Positions 51,120-59,931 of a stretch of 64,000 nt of DNA are shown piece after piece; within the stretch, counting starts at the first letter, position 1; every line of letters starts with the position of its first letter. The notes under the pieces were generated by a model. The model saw only the letters and a program-made list of their open reading frames with translations. It was not told the DNA's origin and ran no database searches. The position numbers and the translations under genes were made by a program. Origin of the DNA: a virus; IMG/VR virus record IMGVR_UViG_3300024054_000269, positions 64,001 to 128,000 of that record; one strand, written 5' to 3'.

Positions 51120-52606
51120 ACAGATTATTCAGATCAGTAATTCAAATTGGAAGCGTACCCGATGAAGAAGACGCTTTACAGAATTGGAATAGACTACAAG
51201 AACATATTGTAGAATTTGATGACGAAGAAGGGAAGAAAGTTTTTGATTATTTAGTTCAATTTTATAGCCAGATGAATTCTCCACCAGATTTTTCTTTGGT
51301 TAGAGAATTTTTTGAAAAACAAGATGAGATAGAAGTTCTCGAAAAATTAGAGGATATTAAGAAATCGCAACACTATATTAGAACAAATTTCTTAGCCATT
51401 TTAAAAACGATAGTAGAACAACAACAGGTCAAAAATTTTATTTTAGCGTGTAGAGATGCTCAAACAATAGCTGAACATGGAAGAAATCTAAACAAACCAA
51501 TAGAAGGGAAGAAAATATTAAAAGGCGTAAACGATGCAGTTAATTTTATTTATTCAAAATTGTCTGATTTTACTAGAATAGAAGCTGGAACAAAACTTGA
51601 AGGCGTTGTTTCAGAAGATTCTGAGGAATTTATTGGTGAGTATGATAAAATTTCAGCAGAAGGCAATTTTACAGATAGAAATTTATTTGGACTTGAACCA
51701 GTTGATGTGGCTTGTATGGGTCACAGACGTGGTGAATATTGGATTCACGCTGGATTTTCAGGGGAATTGAAAACTACCTTAGCATTAAATTATGCATATA
51801 ATAATGTAATGGTTTATGGTCGAAATATATTTTATGCAATTTTAGAAATGCCTTATGAACAGCTTAGAAGACAATTATACGTAATTCATTCTTCGAACGG
51901 AAAATTCGTAACAGATTGGCATAAAGAAGACGGTTACACTGGGTTAGATTATAGAAAAGTTCGCGATGGTATGTTGTCTGATAGGGACTACAAGAGGTTA
52001 AAAATCGTTGCACAAGATTTTAAAGCTACAGCGAAAGGAACATTGTATGTCTGGAGGCCAGATGACGAAGTTACTTTATCAGATATTAAACGAAGAGCGG
52101 AGATGTTTCACAACAAATATGATTGTGATGGAATAATAATTGATCATTTGGGTTTAGTTAGACCAAAACGAACAGTTTCTGACTATGTTGTTTCTTTGAA
52201 TAACACGGTAAGAGAAACAAGGTTGTTAGCTTTAAATTTTGCACGCGGAAGAGCTGTTCCATTATTAGCTCTTTTTCAAATTAACCGTCAAGGAAAAATG
52301 CGAGCCGATAAAAATGATGGTAGATATGACTATGCGTCGATAGCCTACGCAAATGAGGCAGAAAAATCAGCTGACGTAATAACGTATACATATTTAAATG
52401 ACCAACTTAGAAAAGACGGAAAGTTCTTTCTTGGGTGTCTAAAGAACCGCGACAATCCTTTATTCGAGCGTATGATTGGAAAAATTATTTGGCAAAGTAA
52501 AAGAATGAGAGCACTGGAAAATGATTTGATTGATTTTGATAACGATAGAATAGTTAGTGCTTCAAAACGAATAACAAATCTTACTACTTCTGATCTTCTG
52601 TCGTAG
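51116..52606 (+). CDS. dnaB: Replicative DnaB-like (SF4) helicase (496 aa)
   Basis: AGFSGELKTT (Walker A variant), ILEMP, IIIDHL, LFQINRQ, YANEAEKSADVI, LKNRD motifs. Confidence 0.88.
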   Translation: MNRLFRSVIQIGSVPDEEDALQNWNRLQEHIVEFDDEEGKKVFDYLVQFYSQMNSPPDFSLVREFFEKQDEIEVLEKLEDIKKSQHYIRTNFLAILKTIVEQQQVKNFILACRDAQTIAEHGRNLNKPIEGKKILKGVNDAVNFIYSKLSDFTRIEAGTKLEGVVSEDSEEFIGEYDKISAEGNFTDRNLFGLEPVDVACMGHRRGEYWIHAGFSGELKTTLALNYAYNNVMVYGRNIFYAILEMPYEQLRRQLYVIHSSNGKFVTDWHKEDGYTGLDYRKVRDGMLSDRDYKRLKIVAQDFKATAKGTLYVWRPDDEVTLSDIKRRAEMFHNKYDCDGIIIDHLGLVRPKRTVSDYVVSLNNTVRETRLLALNFARGRAVPLLALFQINRQGKMRADKNDGRYDYASIAYANEAEKSADVITYTYLNDQLRKDGKFFLGCLKNRDNPLFERMIGKIIWQSKRMRALENDLIDFDNDRIVSASKRITNLTTSDLLS

Positions 52607-52979
52607 GAGATTCAACATACTTATCAAGTTTTGTGTAGTAATCTGAGACTTCCAAAAGATGTGCTAACGCTATTCTAGCGGCTTTTTCTAAACTATGACC
52701 TATAACATCAGTTTGGCCACCATCATCGCCATGTTCCATTTCAATTTCAATGCCGCGACGAAATTCATTTATATCGATGTCCCCCCAATTTATTCCAATT
52801 TTATCACCAAGCTCTTTAGCTTGCTCGAAAGACACTGGTTGTTTCCATGTTCCAGCAATACGATATGCAATGGTTGATAATTTCATATTAAATGTCTTAG
52901 AATAAAGATTCAAACTGATGTAATTTTTAAAATGATAGATTCTCAACACATTTTTATTTCGATAAATGGTAAAATCCAT
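52584..52979 (-). CDS. DUF5661-like small phage protein (131 aa)
   Basis: EFRRGIEIEMEH...AARIALAHLLEVSDYYTKL motif recognised from this family. Confidence 0.7.
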   Translation of the reverse strand: MDFTIYRNKNVLRIYHFKNYISLNLYSKTFNMKLSTIAYRIAGTWKQPVSFEQAKELGDKIGINWGDIDINEFRRGIEIEMEHGDDGGQTDVIGHSLEKAARIALAHLLEVSDYYTKLDKYVESPTTEDQK

Positions 52980-53159
52980 TTGTTTAAACGTGTTTTGCGT
53001 GTTAATTATGCAAAAAGCGTGTCATTCTGTGGTTTGGAACCAATGCCTGCAAGGCCGATAACAATTCAATCGACAGATTTAAGTGAATGGGATAAAAAAA
53101 GTTGTTTGTGCCAAGAGTGTAAAAATCTAATATTTACATCAGAGGTCTGTGATGGTTGA
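52932..53159 (+). CDS. Small Cys-containing hypothetical protein (75 aa)
   Basis: SFCG...CLCQEC; overlaps both neighbours, so it is uncertain. Confidence 0.4.
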   Translation: MIDSQHIFISINGKIHLFKRVLRVNYAKSVSFCGLEPMPARPITIQSTDLSEWDKKSCLCQECKNLIFTSEVCDG

Positions 53160-53751
53160 ATTTTCTGATTCAGAAAAAAGATTAATAAAACAGAGAGTTG
53201 CAGCAGTTAATTCTGTTTTTACAGCATTTGACGCCCTAAATGAAAACGGTGTTATTATCACTGATAGGGGCTCGCCAATTCAAATTTCGTGTGTTTTACC
53301 TCAACATGGCCCAGACAAAAAACCAAGTGCAAGATATTATCCAGGAGAGGGCGGAGAAATACCTCATTTTTATTGTTTCAAATGCAAAGTTAGAATGAAT
53401 AGTGTTGAGATTCATGCAAAATCAAAAGGAATAACATTTTTCCAAGCATTATCTGAATTAGAAAAAAGATTTGACATCAAACCACCAAAGAAATCAGATC
53501 AAATTGACGATAATAAACCAAAAATTGATGTAGTTGCACGTCTTTTTCCATTAGCAGAAAAGAAATTAAGAAATATCAGAAACAAATGCGGGATGAACGA
53601 TTATATAAAAATTTGCAGAACACTAGATTCAATAGATTGGGATTTAAGACATGGAAATGGTAAACCAACACCAGAGATGGAAGCAGCGTTAAAACAAATA
53701 TTGGAAAAAATTAGAAACTTAGATTCAGAGAACAGTCATGGAATTGAATGA
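53149..53751 (+). CDS. Stand-alone CHC2-type zinc-finger protein (primase zinc-binding-domain-like, 200 aa)
   Basis: ISCVLPQH-GPDKKPSA...HFYCFKC...FFQALSELEKRF. No TOPRIM motif follows. Confidence 0.75.
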   Translation: MMVEFSDSEKRLIKQRVAAVNSVFTAFDALNENGVIITDRGSPIQISCVLPQHGPDKKPSARYYPGEGGEIPHFYCFKCKVRMNSVEIHAKSKGITFFQALSELEKRFDIKPPKKSDQIDDNKPKIDVVARLFPLAEKKLRNIRNKCGMNDYIKICRTLDSIDWDLRHGNGKPTPEMEAALKQILEKIRNLDSENSHGIE

Positions 53752-54166
53752 ATATTCAATTCTCCTGAACACCGGAGAAAGATTTGAAATCGTAGAAATA
53801 AGAAAAGATCAAATAACTAATATAGATTTGAGTTTAGTTTTAGACAAATGTCCGGTAATACCTCGTGAAATTGTTGAAGAAGCAAAATTGGGGCATAGTA
53901 AAAGATTCCAATTGTTGTTGAATACTAATCCAATTGGCTCTTTGATGAAATTTAAAAAACCAAACTGTAGGCTTATAAATAACTGTGCAATGGCCGATAA
54001 GAAAATTTGTTTAACAACAAATGTTAACAACAAATCTGGAAATTTTCCTGAGTGTTGGGAATTCACAAATGATATAGATACAGAATTTTTGGACGAAAGT
54101 TCTGAATTAATAACTAAAATCGTCCATTTGTGGAAAATGAATAAATATGTGATAATCAGTGATTAG
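53738..54166 (+). CDS. Cys-containing hypothetical protein (142 aa)
   Basis: Coupled ORF with five Cys (CPV...CRLINNC...C...ECW). Confidence 0.55.
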   Translation: MELNEYSILLNTGERFEIVEIRKDQITNIDLSLVLDKCPVIPREIVEEAKLGHSKRFQLLLNTNPIGSLMKFKKPNCRLINNCAMADKKICLTTNVNNKSGNFPECWEFTNDIDTEFLDESSELITKIVHLWKMNKYVIISD

Positions 54167-55238
54167 TTTTGTTAAATTCAATTTTCAACTCCTCAACCAA
54201 CTTTCTGGCTCTTGGTGTCAATGTTGATGGCAAAATTGCTTTTAATACAACAATAAGATCACCTTTGTTTTTAGTTTTTATGTTTGTTGCTCCAGCACCT
54301 TTGACTATTACTTCATGATCTGGTTGCATGCCGGGCAATATGTCTATATTGACGTTGCTTCCATTTGGTAACTTTATGTTTTGTTTCAATCCGATTAAGA
54401 AATCAATAATTGGCGTATAATGAATAATCTTTAAATTGTCGCCAATTCTTGAACATTCTTCTCTTTGATCAACATAAATCGTTACGTAAAGGTCGCCTGG
54501 TTCACCATTTTCTATAAAATTTCCTTTTCCTTGAATTCTTAATTTTTGTCCAGCTTCAACACCTGGTGGAATAAAAATAGACACAAACTTTATTGATTTT
54601 GTTTTACCAGAACCGTGGCATGTTTTACATGACGAAATGAACAAAACACCAAGCCCGTTGCACACATCACATGTGATTACGTTCATGACGTGTTTTCTAG
54701 ACGAAATGATTTTCCCATGGCCAGCACAAGATTTACACGGTATCTTTTTACCGTTCACATCCTTGCCTGATCCAGAACAATCATTACAATTCAAATCTCT
54801 TTTTACGGATTCTATTTTAAGTTCCTTCTTACACCCATTTAATGATTCTTCAAGAGACAGTAATATATCAACTTCTATATCTTTTCCTTTTCCTTTTCCT
54901 ACTGAATCATCAAACCCATCAAACCCATCAAACCCATTATTAAACATGTCTTGAAAATGATTCATAAAATCAGAAAATCCTGGACCACTGGTTCTTGACC
55001 ACCTAGTCCCAGGGCTAAATTGAAATGATTTCGAATTATCGTATTTATTTCTTCTATCTGGATCAGATAAAACTGAATAAGCCTCAGACGCAGCTTTCAT
55101 TTTGTTTTCTGAATCTTGGCAGCCTGGATTTTTGTCTGGATGATATTCTTTGGCTATTTTTTGGAATGCTTTTTTTATTTGTTCAGAAGTGGCATTTTTT
55201 GGGATGCCAAGAATGCTATAATAATCGGTGTTGTTCAT
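54156..55238 (-). CDS. dnaJ: Full-length type I DnaJ (Hsp40) chaperone (360 aa)
   Basis: J domain with YHPDKNPG, G/F-rich linker, four CxxCxGxG repeats and C-terminal PPGV...GEPGDLYV domain. Confidence 0.96.
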   Translation of the reverse strand: MNNTDYYSILGIPKNATSEQIKKAFQKIAKEYHPDKNPGCQDSENKMKAASEAYSVLSDPDRRNKYDNSKSFQFSPGTRWSRTSGPGFSDFMNHFQDMFNNGFDGFDGFDDSVGKGKGKDIEVDILLSLEESLNGCKKELKIESVKRDLNCNDCSGSGKDVNGKKIPCKSCAGHGKIISSRKHVMNVITCDVCNGLGVLFISSCKTCHGSGKTKSIKFVSIFIPPGVEAGQKLRIQGKGNFIENGEPGDLYVTIYVDQREECSRIGDNLKIIHYTPIIDFLIGLKQNIKLPNGSNVNIDILPGMQPDHEVIVKGAGATNIKTKNKGDLIVVLKAILPSTLTPRARKLVEELKIEFNKTNH

Positions 55239-55266
55239 TTGAATGACCTAGTAATGTAATCTGACA

Positions 55267-57993
55267 ATGATGGAACTCCAGCAACTTGATGACAAAGTAG
55301 ACATTAAAAAATCTTGGTTTTCTGAATATTCGTTTCATTTAGTATCAAACCAAGAGCAGTTTTCTAAACTTGTTGACATGTGTGTTAAACGTGGTTTGTG
55401 TTCACTCGATGTCGAAACGACAGGTGTTGATAATCGAATATATCCCGATACACACTTCAATGACGGAAAAAAATCTAAACACGGAATAAGAACTATTGAT
55501 AAGGTTGTTGGATTATGCATTTCTTTTGATGGCAAAAATGGGTACTATGTTCCTCTGAATCATGAACCATCAGATTCAAACAATTTACCTTGGGACTCTA
55601 CCTGCGATGATTTAACAAGGCTTTGCAATGGTTGTAGGATAATTTTTCATAATTCGAAATTTGATCAAGAAATGTTATACCCGATGACGGGTAAGGAATT
55701 TTGGAAAATTAACGAATATGAAGATACAATGCTTATGGCAGGCGTTTTAAACCCGCTTAAAGCATTACCAAAAGGTCTTAAACAATTATCAAAGCTACAG
55801 TTTGGTATTGATATGATAGAATTAAATGAATTGTTTACTGAAGAACAAACCAAACAATTGGAATTAAACAAACAAGGCAAAAATTTCGGTATTTTACATC
55901 CTAAAGAAGGCCTTGAATACGGATGTTCTGACGGAATTTTTACTTACAAATTGTTTTTTTCTTTGAAAGACAAATTGAGAGAGAATGATTCTAGTATATA
56001 CGACCTAGAAAAAACATTTTGCAATATTTTGAGAAAAATGGAAAGAAACAGAGTAAGGCTTAATATAAAATTAGTTGAAGAACTAAATAATGAATGCAAT
56101 AAATCAATGCAAAATATCGGAGACTCAATAAGAAACTTTATTGAATCAAAAACTGGAAATACTGGAAAGTGGCTAAGTTTGAATGTCGGATCTGGCGATC
56201 AATTAAGGAAAGCTATTTTCCTTGATGTTGATGGTTTGAAATTAAAACCAATACCAGAAATGTTTGATTCTGAATCTGGTTCTGGATCAGACGATGATGA
56301 TGCTGCTGCTGATGTTACTTTTACACTAAAAGATGAAGCGCTCAAGGCTCTTTTAAAGGCATATTCAAAGTTGGTTATAAAAATTGATGGCACTGAAAAA
56401 ACAATATTTGGATGGGTTCTTGATTATAGGCATTATGAGAAGATGGAAGGTTCATTCACGTCTAAATTTATACAATCACATGATAAATACGGAGAGGTAA
56501 GGCCTGATTACAAACAAATAGGTACTGACACTGCTCGTCTTTCTTCGAAAGCCGGTGAAATCAAACATGGCTATTCTGGTGTCAATTTTCAAGGAATGCC
56601 AAGAGACTCTGATGATGATAAACCAGAAACATTTAAAAGATTAAGAGAATGTATAATACCAAGAGATGACTATGTTCTCGTAAAAATAGATTATGCTGGG
56701 GAAGAACTGAGGGTTGTTACAAATTTGTCAGGAGACCCAATTTGGACGAAATCATTCTTGCACGAAGACGGTGATGTCCATTCAATTACAACCAAAATCT
56801 TGTATGGAAAACAAAATATAACAAAAGATGAAAGAAATAGGGGGAAAAGGTGCAATTTCGCCGTTATTTACGGCGGAGGGGCTGGCGCAATATCTAGAAA
56901 TATTGGTTGTTCAATTGAAGATGGCGGGCGCATGCTTGACAATCTTAGAAGTGGCGTCCCAATTTTAATGGGGTATTCAGATCAACAAAGGCGCTTTGCA
57001 AAACAAAATAAATGCATCTACACAGCTTTTGGCAGAAGAATACCAATACCAACAATAGATCATCAAGTTGTTGCAATTAGAAGAAAAGCAGAAAGATGCG
57101 CCATTAATTACACCATTCAGTCAACATCAGCAGACGTATTGAAATTGGCAATGTGTTTCGTCGATAAAAACATAAGAAAAAGAGGGTGGGAAGACAAATT
57201 AAAATATGTTATGACTGTTCACGATGAAGTCGTTTATGAAATAAAACCAGAAATACTTCAAGAAGCTATACCATTATTAAATGAATGGATGGTGTTGCCT
57301 TGGAAATTGCCAAAGGCACATGGTAAAGCATGGGTTGTTCCGCTCGAAACTGAACCAGATATTGATTTGAGTTGGAGAGCAAAATACAACTTCTTCAAGA
57401 TGGTTGATGGTATAAAACCAAAACCAAGTGATGTTGATAAAAATGGCAATTTTGTTGGTGATTTAAAAAAGAACGAATATTTCCATAATGGAAAAATATA
57501 CCAGAGTATACCAGATTTTTTGAAGCCTTGGATAAAAAGAACCGATCAACTCGATGATAACGACGTCGACAATGATGAAATAAAATTAGACACGAAATTA
57601 AAGGAAGATGATGAAGTAAAATCAGATATAGTGGTTGTTTCAAATGAAGAAACTGTCTCTGTGGACGCAACATTATCTGATGTTGAAGTACATGATAATG
57701 TTGCGTCAGTTTCACCAATAAAAGATCTTGCTGGGCTTTCAACTAATACAGAACAAAAAGAACAAGTTGAACCTAAAAAAGAATCAAATGGCCATATTTT
57801 AAATTGGATAATTAAATCACCGTTGAACCACATGAATGTTAAAAAATTGCAGGCCATATGTTTATTAACCGACGGTGAAACACCATTAAGAATAAGTTTA
57901 CCAAACGGCGTAATTGTGGTAGACGATTCTAAAGGCATAAAAGTTAAAGAGGATGAATTTGTTATATTGACAAGGTTGTTTGGACTTGGATAA
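55267..57993 (+). CDS. polA: Family A DNA polymerase with 3'-5' exonuclease and C-terminal extension (908 aa)
   Basis: ExoI LDVETTG, ExoII FHNSKFD, ExoIII YGCSD; motif A DYAGEELR, motif B RNRGKRCNFAVIYG, motif C TVHDE. No 5'-3' exonuclease domain. Confidence 0.95.
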   Translation: MMELQQLDDKVDIKKSWFSEYSFHLVSNQEQFSKLVDMCVKRGLCSLDVETTGVDNRIYPDTHFNDGKKSKHGIRTIDKVVGLCISFDGKNGYYVPLNHEPSDSNNLPWDSTCDDLTRLCNGCRIIFHNSKFDQEMLYPMTGKEFWKINEYEDTMLMAGVLNPLKALPKGLKQLSKLQFGIDMIELNELFTEEQTKQLELNKQGKNFGILHPKEGLEYGCSDGIFTYKLFFSLKDKLRENDSSIYDLEKTFCNILRKMERNRVRLNIKLVEELNNECNKSMQNIGDSIRNFIESKTGNTGKWLSLNVGSGDQLRKAIFLDVDGLKLKPIPEMFDSESGSGSDDDDAAADVTFTLKDEALKALLKAYSKLVIKIDGTEKTIFGWVLDYRHYEKMEGSFTSKFIQSHDKYGEVRPDYKQIGTDTARLSSKAGEIKHGYSGVNFQGMPRDSDDDKPETFKRLRECIIPRDDYVLVKIDYAGEELRVVTNLSGDPIWTKSFLHEDGDVHSITTKILYGKQNITKDERNRGKRCNFAVIYGGGAGAISRNIGCSIEDGGRMLDNLRSGVPILMGYSDQQRRFAKQNKCIYTAFGRRIPIPTIDHQVVAIRRKAERCAINYTIQSTSADVLKLAMCFVDKNIRKRGWEDKLKYVMTVHDEVVYEIKPEILQEAIPLLNEWMVLPWKLPKAHGKAWVVPLETEPDIDLSWRAKYNFFKMVDGIKPKPSDVDKNGNFVGDLKKNEYFHNGKIYQSIPDFLKPWIKRTDQLDDNDVDNDEIKLDTKLKEDDEVKSDIVVVSNEETVSVDATLSDVEVHDNVASVSPIKDLAGLSTNTEQKEQVEPKKESNGHILNWIIKSPLNHMNVKKLQAICLLTDGETPLRISLPNGVIVVDDSKGIKVKEDEFVILTRLFGLG

Positions 57994-58477
57994 TTCATCA
58001 ATTTTTTTAAATGAAGGTGAAGTAAAAGTTCTTAGTGTGGATAAGAGTAACAGACAGGCGTTGTTATTTTTCAATGTGCCGTTATATTTAGCCCAATCAG
58101 CATTGCCAGCTCTATTATACAGTGGTGTTATTGAGTCATTTTCATTGTCAAATCCAATATCAGTTTTTATACCAAATTTTAAAGACGAAGATGTTGTTAA
58201 TAAATTGCTCACAAATAAATTGAATTCAAAAGTGTCGAAATCAATATCTGATTCAATCTCGCTTTACAAACAATCATTACAAGTTCTAAAACGACCATCT
58301 GATATAATTTCATTATTACCAGTTGGTGTTTATGTATCATTTGCATATAAATGCAGTATAGATGCGTTTATTTCATCAATGAACGATAGATGGGTAATTG
58401 AAGAAAACTCATACGAACATGAATTTAAATGGGCTGTATCTAAAATTATGGCATCAATTCTAAATGACATTGGTTGA
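57980..58477 (+). CDS. ThyX-fold-like protein lacking the catalytic motif (165 aa)
   Basis: GEVKVLSVD, FFNVPLYLA and LLPVGVYVSFAYKCSIDAF...R...HEF follow the spacing of ThyX blocks, but RHRxxS...SxR is absent. Confidence 0.4.
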   Translation: MDLDNSSIFLNEGEVKVLSVDKSNRQALLFFNVPLYLAQSALPALLYSGVIESFSLSNPISVFIPNFKDEDVVNKLLTNKLNSKVSKSISDSISLYKQSLQVLKRPSDIISLLPVGVYVSFAYKCSIDAFISSMNDRWVIEENSYEHEFKWAVSKIMASILNDIG

Positions 58478-59326
58478 ATTTCTTAACAACTTTGGTGAAC
58501 GCACCTTTACTTTTACAGAAAACCATTTGTGTTTTGTGTTTGAATTTTCAGTTACTTCAATAACGTCACATGATATAATGTCGTCGTATTTTAGCATTAG
58601 TTTTTTAGCAACGAGTGCTCCATACATATGGGCTCTATGAAAATTCATGTTCATTGATTGATATTCACCATCAATGTGTTCTTTACCAACTTCTATAACG
58701 TCGTCTATTGCGTTATCAGTTAATTTTTCGATTTTAACACCCATTTCCAGTAACACTGATTTAGTGTAGTCAATTATGGAAACTGGATTCAACATATGTT
58801 CGAATGTTGATTTCAATGCCGGATTTTTTGATATTTTATCTAAAGCTAACTCTTTTTGATTATTCCTTTTTTCATCTTCATATTTCTTAAGACCTAGTGA
58901 TGATGATATGCCTGGGTGAATTATCAAGCCCGGGTGATGAATGTTCCCATTCTCATCAGTCCAGTCTTGCGGTCTATAAAATGATGATTCGTCTGCCTTT
59001 ATAATAGCTCTTCCGGTGTCTGTGTCTATTATGTATAAGCCCGGGTTTTCTTTTTGATATTTGTATTCATCTGCAATTATATTTGCGGCAATTTTTAAAA
59101 AATCGTCGTCGCTTATTTCTTCATTATTTAAATTTTTAAGGAAATTAATTATATTATCAGCTGATTCAAGAGCTGAAAAATTGTTTTCTTCAATTTTGGC
59201 TCTTATGAAATTTAATCTTGATACAGTTATTCTTTTTTTAAGTTCTTTTATTGACTCGATGTCACCATCAGTTTCAGCTTTAGTCAATGCCAAAAAATAA
59301 TCTTTAATTTCTGTCATTTCTGTCAT
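58460..59326 (-). CDS. Hypothetical protein (288 aa)
   Basis: Long clean ORF coupled to its upstream neighbour; no family recognised. Confidence 0.7.
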   Translation of the reverse strand: MTEMTEIKDYFLALTKAETDGDIESIKELKKRITVSRLNFIRAKIEENNFSALESADNIINFLKNLNNEEISDDDFLKIAANIIADEYKYQKENPGLYIIDTDTGRAIIKADESSFYRPQDWTDENGNIHHPGLIIHPGISSSLGLKKYEDEKRNNQKELALDKISKNPALKSTFEHMLNPVSIIDYTKSVLLEMGVKIEKLTDNAIDDVIEVGKEHIDGEYQSMNMNFHRAHMYGALVAKKLMLKYDDIISCDVIEVTENSNTKHKWFSVKVKVRSPKLLRNSTNVI

Positions 59327-59853
59327 TTGTCATCACCAAATGTGAATGTTCCGCCAGGGTCCATAAAAACTTCTGCATCATTTTTAACCATAGACCCTTG
59401 AGTAAATTGTGTATTTAATTTCTTGTCTATTTTATTTGAAACTTCTGTTTGCTTCTCAATCTTCTTTTTTTGTTTTTTTTCTTTTTTGTTTTTTTCAATT
59501 GGCTGTGTGATTTTAATGTCTTCCACGATCGGTTTTTCAATGATTTCAGTTATCGGTTTTGTATCTGGTATACTTTCATTTGGTATCGAGTAAACTTTGA
59601 TCGGATCTGGTTCGATTGATATAAAATGTTTGGCTCTTATGGCATCATACCTATTATCATTATCATCTGCACGCGGGACCTTTAAGAATAATCTATCTTC
59701 CCATTCATTTACTCGTTTGTTGAACAGAGATCCGGCCGCACTTCGCACACATGCGGAATTCGCACATAACCTGCAATATTGATTATTAAAATTATCTATC
59801 GGGGTTCGTTCAAATCCAGACATGCAATCTTTGAGAAAATCTTGTTTGCTCAC
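59323..59853 (-). CDS. Hypothetical protein with N-terminal Cys cluster and Lys/Glu-rich tail (176 aa)
   Basis: C...YCRLCANSAC motif; GTG start 5 nt after TAAAGT. Confidence 0.7.
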   Translation of the reverse strand: MSKQDFLKDCMSGFERTPIDNFNNQYCRLCANSACVRSAAGSLFNKRVNEWEDRLFLKVPRADDNDNRYDAIRAKHFISIEPDPIKVYSIPNESIPDTKPITEIIEKPIVEDIKITQPIEKNKKEKKQKKKIEKQTEVSNKIDKKLNTQFTQGSMVKNDAEVFMDPGGTFTFGDDK

Positions 59854-59873
59854 AACGTACTTTACACAATCAA

Positions 59874-59903
59874 TTGCGAATTTTGTATTAAATGTGCTAG
59901 AAT
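59874..59903 (+). promoter_or_regulatory. Sigma70-type promoter for the phage sigma gene (TTGCGA-18-TAGAAT with extended -10 TGTGc)
   Basis: -35 at 59874-59879, TG-n at 59895-59897, -10 at 59898-59903; AGAGGG SD before GTG 59932. Confidence 0.65.
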
Positions 59904-59931
59904 CAATGATTCACAATAGAGGGAAATAAAC

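Noticed and set aside
48245-57993. Inteins or introns in SNF2, DnaB or PolA
   Set aside because: No intein terminal residues or homing-endonuclease motifs were seen, and the reading frames are continuous.
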